A stretch of DNA of 64,000 nucleotides from Lachnospiraceae bacterium (GTDB lineage: Bacteria > Bacillota > Clostridia > Lachnospirales > Lachnospiraceae), in assembly GCA_045616585.1 (NCBI GenBank), contig JAZLGZ010000088.1, positions 11,161-75,160 on the forward strand, written 5' to 3'. This document shows, piece by piece, positions 1-9,641 of the stretch. The notes beneath the pieces were generated by a model. That model was not told where the DNA came from, searched no databases, and saw only the letters and a list, made by a program, of their open reading frames with translations. Every line of letters starts with the position of its first letter. Within the stretch, counting starts at the first letter, position 1. The position numbers and the translations under genes are program-made.

Positions 1-659
1 GTGAGACGGTTGTTCCCATGGTAAGTTCCATGGACCATAAAAGAGCCGGAGACAACGACACCGGTCTTAATACGGGAGGAATGGGAACGGTTGCTCCTAA
101 TCCTTACTATACCGATGCTGTTGCAAAAACCTGTATGGAAACGATTTTCCTTCCCACAATCAAAGCGATGAAGGCTGAGGGAAGAACTTTTAAGGGATGC
201 CTTTATTTCGGACTTATGATTACAAAGGACGGACCGAAGGTTATCGAGTATAACTGTCGTTTCGGCGATCCCGAAACTCAGGTTGTTCTGCCTTTGTTAA
301 AGAGCGATCTTTTAGAGGTTATGCAGGCTACCACCGAAGGACGATTGAAGGATACAAAGGTCGAGTTTGAGAATGCTCATGCATGCTGCGTAATCATGGC
401 TTCCAAGGGATATCCGTTAAGCTACGAGAAGGGCTATGAGATTACCACAGATAAAGAGGCATGGGAAAATATTTATGTTGCGGGAGCCAAAATTGCCGAC
501 GGAAAACTCGTAAATGCCGGCGGACGTGTTCTTGGATGCACCGCGGTTGCTTCGGATTTAAAGACTGCTGTCGACGAAGCTTACAAACTTGTCGGCAGAG
601 TTCATTTTGATAACGAATATTATCGAAATGATATCGGAGCAAGAGCTCTTAAGGCTTAA
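1..659 (+). CDS. purD: Phosphoribosylamine--glycine ligase (GAR synthetase), C-terminal part. The ORF runs off the 5' window edge.
   Basis: The frame is open from nt 3. It contains VVPMVSSMDHKRAGDNDTGLNTGGMG and YNCRFGDPETQ, typical of the PurD ATP-grasp and C-terminal domains. It lies directly upstream of purL. Confidence 0.9.
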   Translation, partial: ETVVPMVSSMDHKRAGDNDTGLNTGGMGTVAPNPYYTDAVAKTCMETIFLPTIKAMKAEGRTFKGCLYFGLMITKDGPKVIEYNCRFGDPETQVVLPLLKSDLLEVMQATTEGRLKDTKVEFENAHACCVIMASKGYPLSYEKGYEITTDKEAWENIYVAGAKIADGKLVNAGGRVLGCTAVASDLKTAVDEAYKLVGRVHFDNEYYRNDIGARALKA

Positions 660-727
660 AAGGTAACAGCGGACTTGCAGGCTGCGAGCCCGAAGATAAA
701 TAGAATTAAACAATGAGGGAGACTATC

Positions 728-3700
728 ATGGTTTACAGAATTTTTGTTGAAAAGAAGAGCGAGCTTGCCGGAGAGGCAAAGGCACTCCTTAATGACGCAC
801 GTACTCTTCTTGGAATTAAGGCACTTGAGAATGTAAGAATTCTCAATCGCTATGATGCCGAAAGAATTGACAGGCGGACTTTCGACTATGCGGTAAAAAC
901 TGTTTTTTCGGAGCCGCAGCTTGATCTTGTGAGCACTGAGCCTGATGTAAGCGGCGCAACCGTGTTTGCTGTTGAGTATCTTCCCGGACAGTTTGACCAG
1001 CGTGCGGATTCCGCAGCTCAGTGTATTCAGATTATTTCTCAGGGTGATCGTCCCCTGGTTAAGTCTGCAAGAGTATATGTTCTTTACGGCAATATCACCG
1101 AGGGTGAGCTTGCCGAGATTAAGAACTACGTTATTAACCCCGTTGAGGCGAGAGAAGCATCTCTTGAGCTTCCCACAACTCTTGAAACAGAGTATGACAT
1201 TCCCGAGAGTGTAGCTACTCTGGACGGATTTATTACAAAAACCAGAGCAGAACTGGAGGAAATGATTTCAAGCCTCGGCCTTGCTATGGACGGAGACGAC
1301 ATTGAGTTCTGTAAAAATTATTTCGCACAGGAAAAGCGTAATCCTACAATAACCGAACTTCGTATGATCGATACTTACTGGTCGGACCACTGCCGTCATA
1401 CCACCTTCGGAACAATCATCGACAGCGTGAAGTTCGAAGATCCCGAGATTGAAAAGGCATACAATCACTATATCGAGGTTCGTAAGGAACTCGGACGAAC
1501 AAAGCCCGTATGTCTTATGGATATTGCCACACTTGCAGTTAAGGAACTTCGCAGGGAGGGCAAGCTCGACAAGCTTGACGAGTCGGAAGAAATCAACGCA
1601 TGTACGGTAAAGATTGATGTTGAGGTTGACGGAGTAAGTGAGCCCTGGCTTCTTTTATTCAAGAACGAGACACACAATCATCCTACCGAAATCGAGCCCT
1701 TCGGTGGTGCGGCAACCTGTATCGGAGGAGCTATCCGCGATCCCCTTTCGGGACGTTCGTATGTTTACGGCGCAATGCGTGTCACCGGTGCCGCAGATCC
1801 TTTAAAGCCTATTTCCGAGACTATTCCCGGCAAGCTTCCTCAGCGTAAACTTGTTACAACAGCCGCTGCGGGCTATTCATCATACGGAAATCAGATCGGA
1901 CTTGCAACCGGTATCGTTGATGAGCTTTATCATCCCGGTTATGCCGCAAAGAGAATGGAGATCGGTGCAGTTATCGCAGCTACTCCCGCCGAGAACGTGA
2001 GACGCGAAACTCCTGCTGCAGGCGATGTTATTATTCTTCTGGGAGGAAGCACCGGACGTGACGGAATCGGCGGGGCCACAGGATCATCAAAGGCTCACAA
2101 TGCCCATTCAGTAGAAACCTGCGGCGCCGAGGTTCAGAAGGGTAATGCTCCCGAGGAGCGTAAGCTTCAGAGACTTTTCAGAAACGGCAAAGCCTGCCGC
2201 ATGATTAAGAGATGCAACGATTTCGGTGCAGGCGGTGTATCTGTTGCAATCGGTGAGCTTGCCGACGGACTTGTGATCGATCTTAATGCCGTTCCCCGTA
2301 AGTATGAGGGCCTTGACGGAACCGAGCTTGCTATCAGCGAGTCACAGGAGAGAATGGCAGTAGTCGTAGAGGCAAAGGATGTTGATGCGTTCCTTGCTAT
2401 TGCGGCATCGGAGAATCTCCAGGCAATTCCCGTTGCCAAGGTTCAGGATGAGAAACGTCTTGTTATGAACTGGAACGGAAAGAAGATTGTCGATATCAGT
2501 CGTGACTTCCTTAATTCAAACGGAGCCGAGAAGCATATTGATATTGAAGTAGCCGATATGGCAGGTGCAACACAGGAGAACGCTCATGCAGTCGTAAAGG
2601 CTGTTGAGGATGTTCCTGCTGATGCTTCATTTACAGATAAGTATATTGCTCTTGCGGATGACCTTAACTGCTGTTCAAAGCGTGGTCTTGCAGAGCGTTT
2701 TGATTCAACCATCGGTGCGGGAACCGTTATTATGCCTTTCGGCGGCAAGAATCAGCTTACTCCCGCACAGGCAATGGTTCAGAAGATTCCGGTTGAGAAA
2801 AAGCATACTGACGACTGCTCGATTATGAGTTGGGGCTACAATCCTTTTATCACCGAAAAGAACTGCTTCAAGGGCGCTTATCTTGCGGTAGTTGAGTCTG
2901 TTGCAAAGCTTGTTGCGGCAGGTGCGGAATTTAAGGATGTTTACCTTACTTTCCAGGAGTATTTCGAGAAGCCCGGCCGCAATGCAAAGCGTTGGGGCAA
3001 GCCTTTAAGTGCTTTGCTCGGAGCTTTCGAGGCGCAGCTTGAGCTTGGTATCGGTGCTATCGGCGGAAAGGATTCAATGAGCGGTTCATTCGAAAAGCTC
3101 GATGTTCCTCCCACACTCGTATCGTTTGCCGTTACCACACAGAAGACTTCCGATATCGTTACTCCCGAGTTTAAGGGCGCGGGACATAAGGTTGTAAGAA
3201 TCGCACCTGCATACGGCAAGAACGGACTTCCTGATACTAAGTCGCTTATCAAGTGCTTCGAGGTTGTAAACGGACTTGCTAAGAAGAATATGGTCGAGGC
3301 GGTTTACACTCCCTGTGTAGGAGGTATTGCGGAAGCAATCCTTAAGATGAGCATCGGTAACGGAATCGGATTCGAATATGCCGAGGATGTTGCCGAGGAG
3401 AAGATTTTCGGATACGATTACGGTGCGTTTATTGTTGAGCTTGTTGAAGGACGTTGCCAGAACTGCGTAAAGAAGAGCTTCACCTGCGAGAACGGTGAGG
3501 ATGTAACCGTTGAGCTTCTCGGTATGACAACAGAGAAAGAAGCGGTTTCATATAAGGGCTTAGAGATTGCACTTGATAAGCTCTTAAAGACTTACGAAGA
3601 CAAGCTCGAGAGCGTATATAACTGCAATATTCCTTCGACCGAGCAGAAGATGGAGACATTCTCTTATGCAAACGGCGAGGCAGAAAGAATTTCTGCACCT

Positions 3701-4513
3701 GCAATCAAGGTTGCAAAACCCAGGATTCTTATTCCTGCATTCCCCGGAACCAACTGTGAGTTCGATAGTGCGAAGGCTGCTGCGGACGCAGGTGCGGATC
3801 CCGAAATCATTGTTATCAGAAACCTTACCGGCGATGCAATTTCGGCAAGCATCGAGGACTTTACGACAAAGCTTAAGGACGCGCAGATGATTTTTATTCC
3901 CGGCGGCTTCTCGGGCGGAGATGAGCCCGAAGGCAGCGGAAAGTTTATTACCGCATTCTTCAGAAATGCAGCCGTTAAGGAGGGCGTAACAGACCTTCTT
4001 GAGAACAGAGACGGACTTATGTGCGGTATCTGCAACGGTTTCCAGGCGCTTATTAAGCTCGGACTTGTTCCTTACGGAAAGATTATCGATACTGACGAGA
4101 ATTGCCCTACACTGAGCTTCAACACAATCGCACGTCATCAGTCAAGAATCGTAAGAACCAGAGTTGCTTCAAACAAGTCACCCTGGCTTGCAAATACAAA
4201 TGTCGGCGATATTTACAATGTTCCGATTTCACACGGTGAGGGACGCTTCCTTGCAAGCGAGGAGCTTATCCGCGAACTTGCAAAGAACGGACAGATTGCG
4301 ACACAGTATGTAGATATGGACGGCAACGCCACAAGCGATGTTCATTTCAATCCCAATGATTCAATGTTCGCTATTGAGGGTATCACTTCTCCTGACGGTC
4401 GTGTATTCGGTAAGATGGGTCATTCGGAGCGTATCGGAGCAGGTCTTTACAAGAATGTTCCGGGCAACTACGATATCAGGATGTTTGAGTCGGCCGTAAA
4501 ATATTACAAATAA
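728..4513 (+). CDS. purL: Phosphoribosylformylglycinamidine synthase, large single-chain form (synthetase plus glutaminase).
   Basis: Motifs YWSDHCRHTTF and NETHNHPTEIEPFGGAATCIGG (PurM-like repeats), plus a C-terminal class-I amidotransferase (GICNGFQAL, SHGEG). ATG 728 follows a GAGGGAG RBS, whereas the track start at 713 has no RBS. Confidence 0.93.
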   Translation: MVYRIFVEKKSELAGEAKALLNDARTLLGIKALENVRILNRYDAERIDRRTFDYAVKTVFSEPQLDLVSTEPDVSGATVFAVEYLPGQFDQRADSAAQCIQIISQGDRPLVKSARVYVLYGNITEGELAEIKNYVINPVEAREASLELPTTLETEYDIPESVATLDGFITKTRAELEEMISSLGLAMDGDDIEFCKNYFAQEKRNPTITELRMIDTYWSDHCRHTTFGTIIDSVKFEDPEIEKAYNHYIEVRKELGRTKPVCLMDIATLAVKELRREGKLDKLDESEEINACTVKIDVEVDGVSEPWLLLFKNETHNHPTEIEPFGGAATCIGGAIRDPLSGRSYVYGAMRVTGAADPLKPISETIPGKLPQRKLVTTAAAGYSSYGNQIGLATGIVDELYHPGYAAKRMEIGAVIAATPAENVRRETPAAGDVIILLGGSTGRDGIGGATGSSKAHNAHSVETCGAEVQKGNAPEERKLQRLFRNGKACRMIKRCNDFGAGGVSVAIGELADGLVIDLNAVPRKYEGLDGTELAISESQERMAVVVEAKDVDAFLAIAASENLQAIPVAKVQDEKRLVMNWNGKKIVDISRDFLNSNGAEKHIDIEVADMAGATQENAHAVVKAVEDVPADASFTDKYIALADDLNCCSKRGLAERFDSTIGAGTVIMPFGGKNQLTPAQAMVQKIPVEKKHTDDCSIMSWGYNPFITEKNCFKGAYLAVVESVAKLVAAGAEFKDVYLTFQEYFEKPGRNAKRWGKPLSALLGAFEAQLELGIGAIGGKDSMSGSFEKLDVPPTLVSFAVTTQKTSDIVTPEFKGAGHKVVRIAPAYGKNGLPDTKSLIKCFEVVNGLAKKNMVEAVYTPCVGGIAEAILKMSIGNGIGFEYAEDVAEEKIFGYDYGAFIVELVEGRCQNCVKKSFTCENGEDVTVELLGMTTEKEAVSYKGLEIALDKLLKTYEDKLESVYNCNIPSTEQKMETFSYANGEAERISAPAIKVAKPRILIPAFPGTNCEFDSAKAAADAGADPEIIVIRNLTGDAISASIEDFTTKLKDAQMIFIPGGFSGGDEPEGSGKFITAFFRNAAVKEGVTDLLENRDGLMCGICNGFQALIKLGLVPYGKIIDTDENCPTLSFNTIARHQSRIVRTRVASNKSPWLANTNVGDIYNVPISHGEGRFLASEELIRELAKNGQIATQYVDMDGNATSDVHFNPNDSMFAIEGITSPDGRVFGKMGHSERIGAGLYKNVPGNYDIRMFESAVKYYK

Positions 4514-4539
4514 ATATAAGTAATATTGAATAGATATGT

Positions 4540-4592
4540 AAAAAGCAACAAAAAGGATTGCACGCCGCAATTATTTTGTTGCTTTTTATTTT
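4540..4592 (+). terminator. Rho-independent terminator after purL.
   Basis: Perfect 14-bp stem AAAAAGCAACAAAA / TTTTGTTGCTTTTT with an inner ATTGC/GCAAT stem, followed by a T-run. Confidence 0.7.
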
Positions 4593-4607
4593 CTATCTAG
4601 GTATAAT
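4579..4607 (+). promoter_or_regulatory. Putative sigma-A promoter for the decarboxylase cluster.
   Basis: TTGCTT (4579-4584), 17-nt spacer, TATAAT (4602-4607), about 75 nt upstream of ATG 4681. Confidence 0.4.
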
Positions 4608-4680
4608 GCTATTTGGTGAAAATTGGTTTATGCTATATTTTTGGGATGGCATAAACAAATATATACAATGGAGGTAAATA

Positions 4681-6090
4681 ATGAGTAATTCCATCAAACT
4701 GTCAGCTAGAGACAGAATCAGCACTCTGCTTGACGACAACAGTTTTGTAGAAATCGGCGCTCTTGTTACAAAGAGAAATACCGACTTTAATCTACAGACA
4801 AAGGAAGCTCCCTCTGACGGCGTTATCACAGGATACGGCACAATCAATGAGTGCCCTGTATACGTATTCGCTCAGGATGCTTCAGTAATGAACGGAACTA
4901 TCGGTGAGATGCATGCAAAGAAGATTGCAAACATCTATGATTTCGCAATGAAGGTTGGAGCACCTGTTATCGGTCTGTTCGATTGTGCAGGTCTTAGACT
5001 TGAAGAGGCTACGGATGCCCTTGAGGGACTTGGAACCATTATCGCAAAGCAGACAATGGCATCAGGTGTTATTCCTCAGATTGCCGCAGTATTCGGTAAG
5101 TGTGGCGGCGGACTTGCTGTTTCGGCTTCTATGTGTGATTTTGTTTTTGCTGAGAAGAACAGCGGGAAGCTCTTCATTAATACTCCCAACTCAGTAAAGG
5201 GCAACAACGTTGACAAGTGTGATACCGCTTCCGCAGATTTCAAGGCTGAAGCAGGTGCGGTTGATTATGTCGGAGAGACAGAAGAGGATGTAATCAATGC
5301 CGTAAGACAGCTTGTATCTATTATCCCCGCTTGCAATCAGGAGGATGCTCCCGATTCAGAGTGTGCAGACGATCTTAACCGTGAGACACCCGAGCTTGCA
5401 GCTTGTATGGCTGATGCAGCTAAGGCTCTCGCAGCTGTTTCTGATGACGGCTTCTTCTTCGAGGTTAAGAAGGCATTCGCTAAAGAGATGGTAACCGGTT
5501 TCATCAAGCTTGACGGCATGACAATCGGTGCTGTAGCTAACCGCTCGGCAGTTCTTGACGAGAACGGCAAGACAGTTGAGAAGTTCGGTGAGGCATTAAC
5601 AGCCGACGGCGCAAGAAAGGCATTCAACTTCGTTAACTTCTGTGACGCATTTGATATCCCTGTTCTCACACTTACAAACGTTTCAGGATTCGATACCTGC
5701 ATCTGCAATGAGAAGAAGCTTACAACAGCTCTTTCAAAGCTTGCTGCAGCATTCGCAAACGCTACCGTTGCCAAGGTTAACCTTATCACAGGCAAGGCTA
5801 TCGGTTCAGCATATACATTCATGAATTCTAAGGCACTTGGTGCAGATATGGTATTCGCACTCGAGGGCGCTCAGGTTGGTCCCATGGAAGCAGAGCTTGC
5901 AGCTCAGATCATGGACAACGATGCTAAGGCAGTTGCAGCAGCTCAGTTATCTGCTGAGGCAGCAGCTAAGCGTGGTTATGTTGATTCTATCATCGAAGCT
6001 GACGCAGCTCGTAAGAACCTTGTTTACGCTTTTGAGATGCTCTACCTTAAGGATGAGGATCGTCCCTTAAAGAAGCACCTTACAGTTTAA
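4681..6090 (+). CDS. Acyl-CoA carboxyltransferase subunit (12S / methylmalonyl-CoA decarboxylase alpha-like), short 469-aa form.
   Basis: Carboxyl-transferase fold signature (DGVITGYGTINECPVYVFAQDASVMNGTIGEMHAKKI, second half ...GAVANRS...). GGAGG RBS. First gene of a 5-gene biotin-enzyme cluster. Confidence 0.8.
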   Translation: MSNSIKLSARDRISTLLDDNSFVEIGALVTKRNTDFNLQTKEAPSDGVITGYGTINECPVYVFAQDASVMNGTIGEMHAKKIANIYDFAMKVGAPVIGLFDCAGLRLEEATDALEGLGTIIAKQTMASGVIPQIAAVFGKCGGGLAVSASMCDFVFAEKNSGKLFINTPNSVKGNNVDKCDTASADFKAEAGAVDYVGETEEDVINAVRQLVSIIPACNQEDAPDSECADDLNRETPELAACMADAAKALAAVSDDGFFFEVKKAFAKEMVTGFIKLDGMTIGAVANRSAVLDENGKTVEKFGEALTADGARKAFNFVNFCDAFDIPVLTLTNVSGFDTCICNEKKLTTALSKLAAAFANATVAKVNLITGKAIGSAYTFMNSKALGADMVFALEGAQVGPMEAELAAQIMDNDAKAVAAAQLSAEAAAKRGYVDSIIEADAARKNLVYAFEMLYLKDEDRPLKKHLTV

Positions 6091-6105
6091 TAAACGGAGG
6101 TTACT

Positions 6106-6468
6106 ATGCATATTTTTAATTTGGCTTTTCTTGACACAGTAGCCGCTGATACTGTTACCTGGGGCGAAGCGGGATTAAATACAGTGATGGGTCTTGGAAT
6201 CGTATTCCTTACTCTTGCATTTATCTCAATTCTTATCGCCATCGAAGGTAAGATTTTTACAGCTATTGCAAAGAAAAAAGCAGCGCCCAAGGTAGTTGAT
6301 ACTCCCGCTCCCGCAGCAGCACCCGCAGTTGAGGAAGAAGAGTTAAGCGACGACGAAGAGCTCGTTGCAGTCATTACCGCTGCAATTTACGCTTTTGAGG
6401 CAGAGGCAGGAACAGCATACGTACCTGCAGACGGTCTGGTTGTAAAGAGCATCAGACGCAGAAGATAA
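6106..6468 (+). CDS. OadG-family small membrane subunit (gamma/delta subunit of a Na+-translocating decarboxylase).
   Basis: One TM helix (GLGIVFLTLAFISILI), an Ala/Pro linker and the C-terminal EELVAVITAAIYAF motif typical of OadG/MmdD. GGAGG RBS. Confidence 0.75.
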   Translation: MHIFNLAFLDTVAADTVTWGEAGLNTVMGLGIVFLTLAFISILIAIEGKIFTAIAKKKAAPKVVDTPAPAAAPAVEEEELSDDEELVAVITAAIYAFEAEAGTAYVPADGLVVKSIRRRR

Positions 6469-6489
6469 GAATTCTAGGAGGAATTTAAA

Positions 6490-6855
6490 ATGAAGAACTA
6501 TACAATTACAGTTAACGGCAACGTTTATGAAGTATCAGTAGAAGAGAGCGGCGCAGCAGCAGCTCCCGTAGCAGCAGCAGCTCCCAAGGCAGCAGCACCT
6601 AAGGCAGCTCCCAAGGCAGCAGCTAAGTCAGCAGGCGCAGGTTCAGTAAAGATTACAGCTCCCATGCCCGGTAAGATTCTCGGAATCAAGGCTAAGGCCG
6701 GCGATGCAGTAAAGAAGGGACAGGCTATCATCGTACTTGAGGCTATGAAGATGGAGAACGAAATCGTAGCTACAGAGGACGGAACAATTGCAAGCATCGA
6801 TACATCAGTCGGAGCAGCAGTTGAGGCAGGAGACGTTCTTGCAACTCTTAACTAA
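6490..6855 (+). CDS. Biotin carboxyl carrier protein (1.3S-type biotinyl subunit).
   Basis: 121 aa with an (A/P/K)-rich linker followed by a biotinyl domain carrying EAMKMENEI (biotin-lysine motif). Confidence 0.9.
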   Translation: MKNYTITVNGNVYEVSVEESGAAAAPVAAAAPKAAAPKAAPKAAAKSAGAGSVKITAPMPGKILGIKAKAGDAVKKGQAIIVLEAMKMENEIVATEDGTIASIDTSVGAAVEAGDVLATLN

Positions 6856-6893
6856 TCTAAACCCTACCTATTGATTTGGAGGAATAATAACTT

Positions 6894-8060
6894 ATGGAAT
6901 ATGTTACTAACACGCTTAGCAATCTGCTCCATCAGACTGCGTTCTTCTCACTGAGCTGGGGAAATCTCCTCATGATTCTTGTGGCGTTCGTATTTCTGTA
7001 TCTTGCGATTGCTAAAGACTTTGAGCCTCTTCTGCTCGTACCGATTTCTTTTGGTATGCTCCTCGTTAACATGTATCCTGATATTATGTACGAGGCAGGC
7101 CAGGTATTATCAAACGGTAAGACAGCAGAAACTACAGGTCTGTTAAGATACTTCTTCTTGCTTGATGAGTGGGGAATCATGCCTTCACTTATCTTCCTCG
7201 GAGTAGGTGCTTCTACAGACTTTGGTCCCCTGATTGCTAACCCTATCAGCTTCCTGATGGGTGCAGCTGCTCAGCTCGGTATTTTCCTTGCGTACCTTGG
7301 AGCTATTCTTCTCGGCTTCAACGGAAAGGCAGCAGCAGCTATTTCAATTATCGGTGGTGCTGACGGCCCTACATCTATCTTCCTTGCAGGAAAGCTCGGA
7401 CAGAACGAACTTATGGGACCTATCGCAGTGGCAGCTTACTCGTATATGTCACTCGTTCCCATCATTCAGCCCCCTATTATGAAGGCACTTACAACAGACA
7501 AGGAACGTAAAATCAAGATGCAGCAGCTTCGTCCTGTTACAAAGCTTGAGAAAATCCTTTTCCCTGTTATCATTACAGTAGTAGTAGTACTTATCCTTCC
7601 CAGTACAGCTCCCCTTGTTGGTATGCTGATGCTCGGTAACCTCTTCAAGGAGTGCGGTGTTACAAGACAGCTTGCAGAGACTTCTTCAAACGCTCTTATG
7701 TACATCGTAGTTATTCTTCTTGGTACTTCAGTCGGAGCTTCAACTTCAGCTGAGGCATTCCTTAAGGTTACTACACTTAAGATTGTTGCACTTGGACTTA
7801 TTGCATTTGCATTCGGTACAGCCGGTGGTGTTCTTCTCGGAAAGCTTCTTTGCAAGCTTACTCACGGCAAGATCAATCCTCTTATCGGTTCGGCAGGTGT
7901 ATCTGCGGTTCCTATGGCAGCCCGTGTATCACAGAAGGTCGGTTCGGAATACGATCCTACAAACTTCCTTCTCATGCATGCTATGGGACCTAACGTAGCA
8001 GGTGTTATCGGTACTGCGGTTGCAGCCGGTGTATTCATGGCTATCTTCGGAGTAGCTTAA
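6894..8060 (+). CDS. Na+-translocating decarboxylase beta subunit (OadB/MmdB/GcdB family).
   Basis: Polytopic 388-aa membrane protein with IIGGADGPTSIFLAGKL and NLFKECGV blocks characteristic of OadB-family pumps. Confidence 0.9.
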   Translation: MEYVTNTLSNLLHQTAFFSLSWGNLLMILVAFVFLYLAIAKDFEPLLLVPISFGMLLVNMYPDIMYEAGQVLSNGKTAETTGLLRYFFLLDEWGIMPSLIFLGVGASTDFGPLIANPISFLMGAAAQLGIFLAYLGAILLGFNGKAAAAISIIGGADGPTSIFLAGKLGQNELMGPIAVAAYSYMSLVPIIQPPIMKALTTDKERKIKMQQLRPVTKLEKILFPVIITVVVVLILPSTAPLVGMLMLGNLFKECGVTRQLAETSSNALMYIVVILLGTSVGASTSAEAFLKVTTLKIVALGLIAFAFGTAGGVLLGKLLCKLTHGKINPLIGSAGVSAVPMAARVSQKVGSEYDPTNFLLMHAMGPNVAGVIGTAVAAGVFMAIFGVA

Positions 8061-8107
8061 AGAATCGATTATTAACTTATACAATTATTACTTGGAGGTA
8101 AATATAA

Positions 8108-9520
8108 ATGGCTGAGATTACAAAAAAGCCCGTTGGTATTACTGAGACCATCCTTCGTGATGCTCATCAGTCTCTTATTGCCACCAGAATGCCTACCGAA
8201 CTTATGCTTCCTATCATCGACAAGATGGATCAGGTCGGATATCATTCGGTTGAGTGCTGGGGTGGTGCAACATTTGATTCATGCCTTCGTTTCCTGAAGG
8301 AAGATCCTTGGGATCGTCTTCGTCAGTTAAAGAAGGGCTTCAAGAACACAAAGCTTCAGATGCTTTTCCGTGGACAGAACATCCTCGGTTACAACCACTA
8401 TGCTGATGACGTTGTTGAGTATTTCGCTCAGAAGTCAGTAGCAAATGGTATCGATATCGTTCGTATTTTCGACTGTCTTAACGACCTTCGTAACCTTGAA
8501 ACAGCTGTAAAGGCTACAAAGAAGGAAGGCGGACATGCTCAGATCGCTCTTTCATATACTCTTGGTGATGCATACACACTTGAGTACTGGGAGAAGACAG
8601 CGCGTCAGATCGAGGAGCTCGGTGCAGATTCAATCTGTATCAAGGATATGGCGGGTCTTCTTGTTCCTTACGAGGCAACAAAGCTTGTTGAGGCTCTTAA
8701 GGCAGGTTCAAAGCTTCCTATTCAGTTACATACACACTACACCTCAGGTGTTGCTGCAATGACCTATATGAAGGCTGTTGAGGCAGGTTGTGATGTTATT
8801 GATACAGCTATTTCACCTCTTGCTATGGGTACTTCACAGCCCGCAACAGAGGTTATGGTTGAGACATTCAAGGGAACTCCCTACGATACAGGTCTTGATC
8901 AGAATCTTCTTTCGGAGATTGCAAATCACTTCGCACCTTATCGTGAGGAGTGCTTAAAGAGCGGTCTTCTTAATCCCAAGGTTATGGGTGTTAACATCAA
9001 GACTCTTATGTATCAGGTTCCCGGCGGTATGCTTTCCAACCTTGTTTCACAGCTTAAGGAAGCAGGAGCTGAGGATAAGTTCCAGGCAGTTCTTGAGGAA
9101 ATCCCCAGAGTTCGTAAGGACTTCGGTGAGCCTCCGCTTGTTACACCTTCATCACAGATCGTTGGTACTCAGGCTGTTCTTAACGTTCTTCAGGGCGAGA
9201 GATACAAGATGGTTACCAAGGAGTCAAAGAAGATCCTTTCAGGTGAGTTCGGTCAGACCATCAAGCCTTTTGACAAGGAAGTTCAGAAGAAGTGCATCGG
9301 CGATGTAAAGCCTATCACTTGTCGTCCCGCAGACCTTATTGCTCCTCAGCTTGACAAGTTCAAGGAAGAGTGCAAGGAGTGGATCCAGCAGGATGAGGAT
9401 GTTCTTTCATATGCATTATTCCCTCAGGTTGCTACCGATTTCTTCAAGTATCGCCAGGCACAGCAGAAGGGTGTGGATGTTGCTGCAGCTGATAAGGAGA
9501 ACAAGGCTTATCCCGTTTAA
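8108..9520 (+). CDS. Oxaloacetate decarboxylase alpha / transcarboxylase 5S-type carboxyltransferase, without its own biotinyl domain.
   Basis: N-terminal HMGL-like TIM-barrel signature (ITETILRDAHQSL, CIKDMAGLL, HTHYTSG). The 470-aa protein ends without an AMKM domain. Confidence 0.88.
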   Translation: MAEITKKPVGITETILRDAHQSLIATRMPTELMLPIIDKMDQVGYHSVECWGGATFDSCLRFLKEDPWDRLRQLKKGFKNTKLQMLFRGQNILGYNHYADDVVEYFAQKSVANGIDIVRIFDCLNDLRNLETAVKATKKEGGHAQIALSYTLGDAYTLEYWEKTARQIEELGADSICIKDMAGLLVPYEATKLVEALKAGSKLPIQLHTHYTSGVAAMTYMKAVEAGCDVIDTAISPLAMGTSQPATEVMVETFKGTPYDTGLDQNLLSEIANHFAPYREECLKSGLLNPKVMGVNIKTLMYQVPGGMLSNLVSQLKEAGAEDKFQAVLEEIPRVRKDFGEPPLVTPSSQIVGTQAVLNVLQGERYKMVTKESKKILSGEFGQTIKPFDKEVQKKCIGDVKPITCRPADLIAPQLDKFKEECKEWIQQDEDVLSYALFPQVATDFFKYRQAQQKGVDVAAADKENKAYPV

Positions 9521-9581
9521 TATACCTACTGCCAAACTTGTAAGTCAGGTTTGGGTATGATATATTATCTTTAACAAACAA

Positions 9582-9625
9582 GGCTCTTTGACAGACCCGA
9601 ATGTGTTTGTCAAAGGGCCTTTTTA
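9582..9625 (+). terminator. Rho-independent terminator after the decarboxylase cluster.
   Basis: 12-bp stem GGCTCTTTGACA / TGTCAAAGGGCC (one G-U pair) followed by TTTTT. Confidence 0.75.
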
Positions 9626-9641
9626 TGTGATTGGAGACACA

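Noticed and set aside
6525-6797. Ala/Ser/Pro-rich minus-strand ORFs opposite the BCCP linker (6525-6797) and the CheA linker (45397-45840), plus similar ones opposite fliK and the post-sigD genes.
   Set aside because: They are reverse-complement shadows of GCN-rich (Ala) or acidic low-complexity coding tracts, not independent genes.
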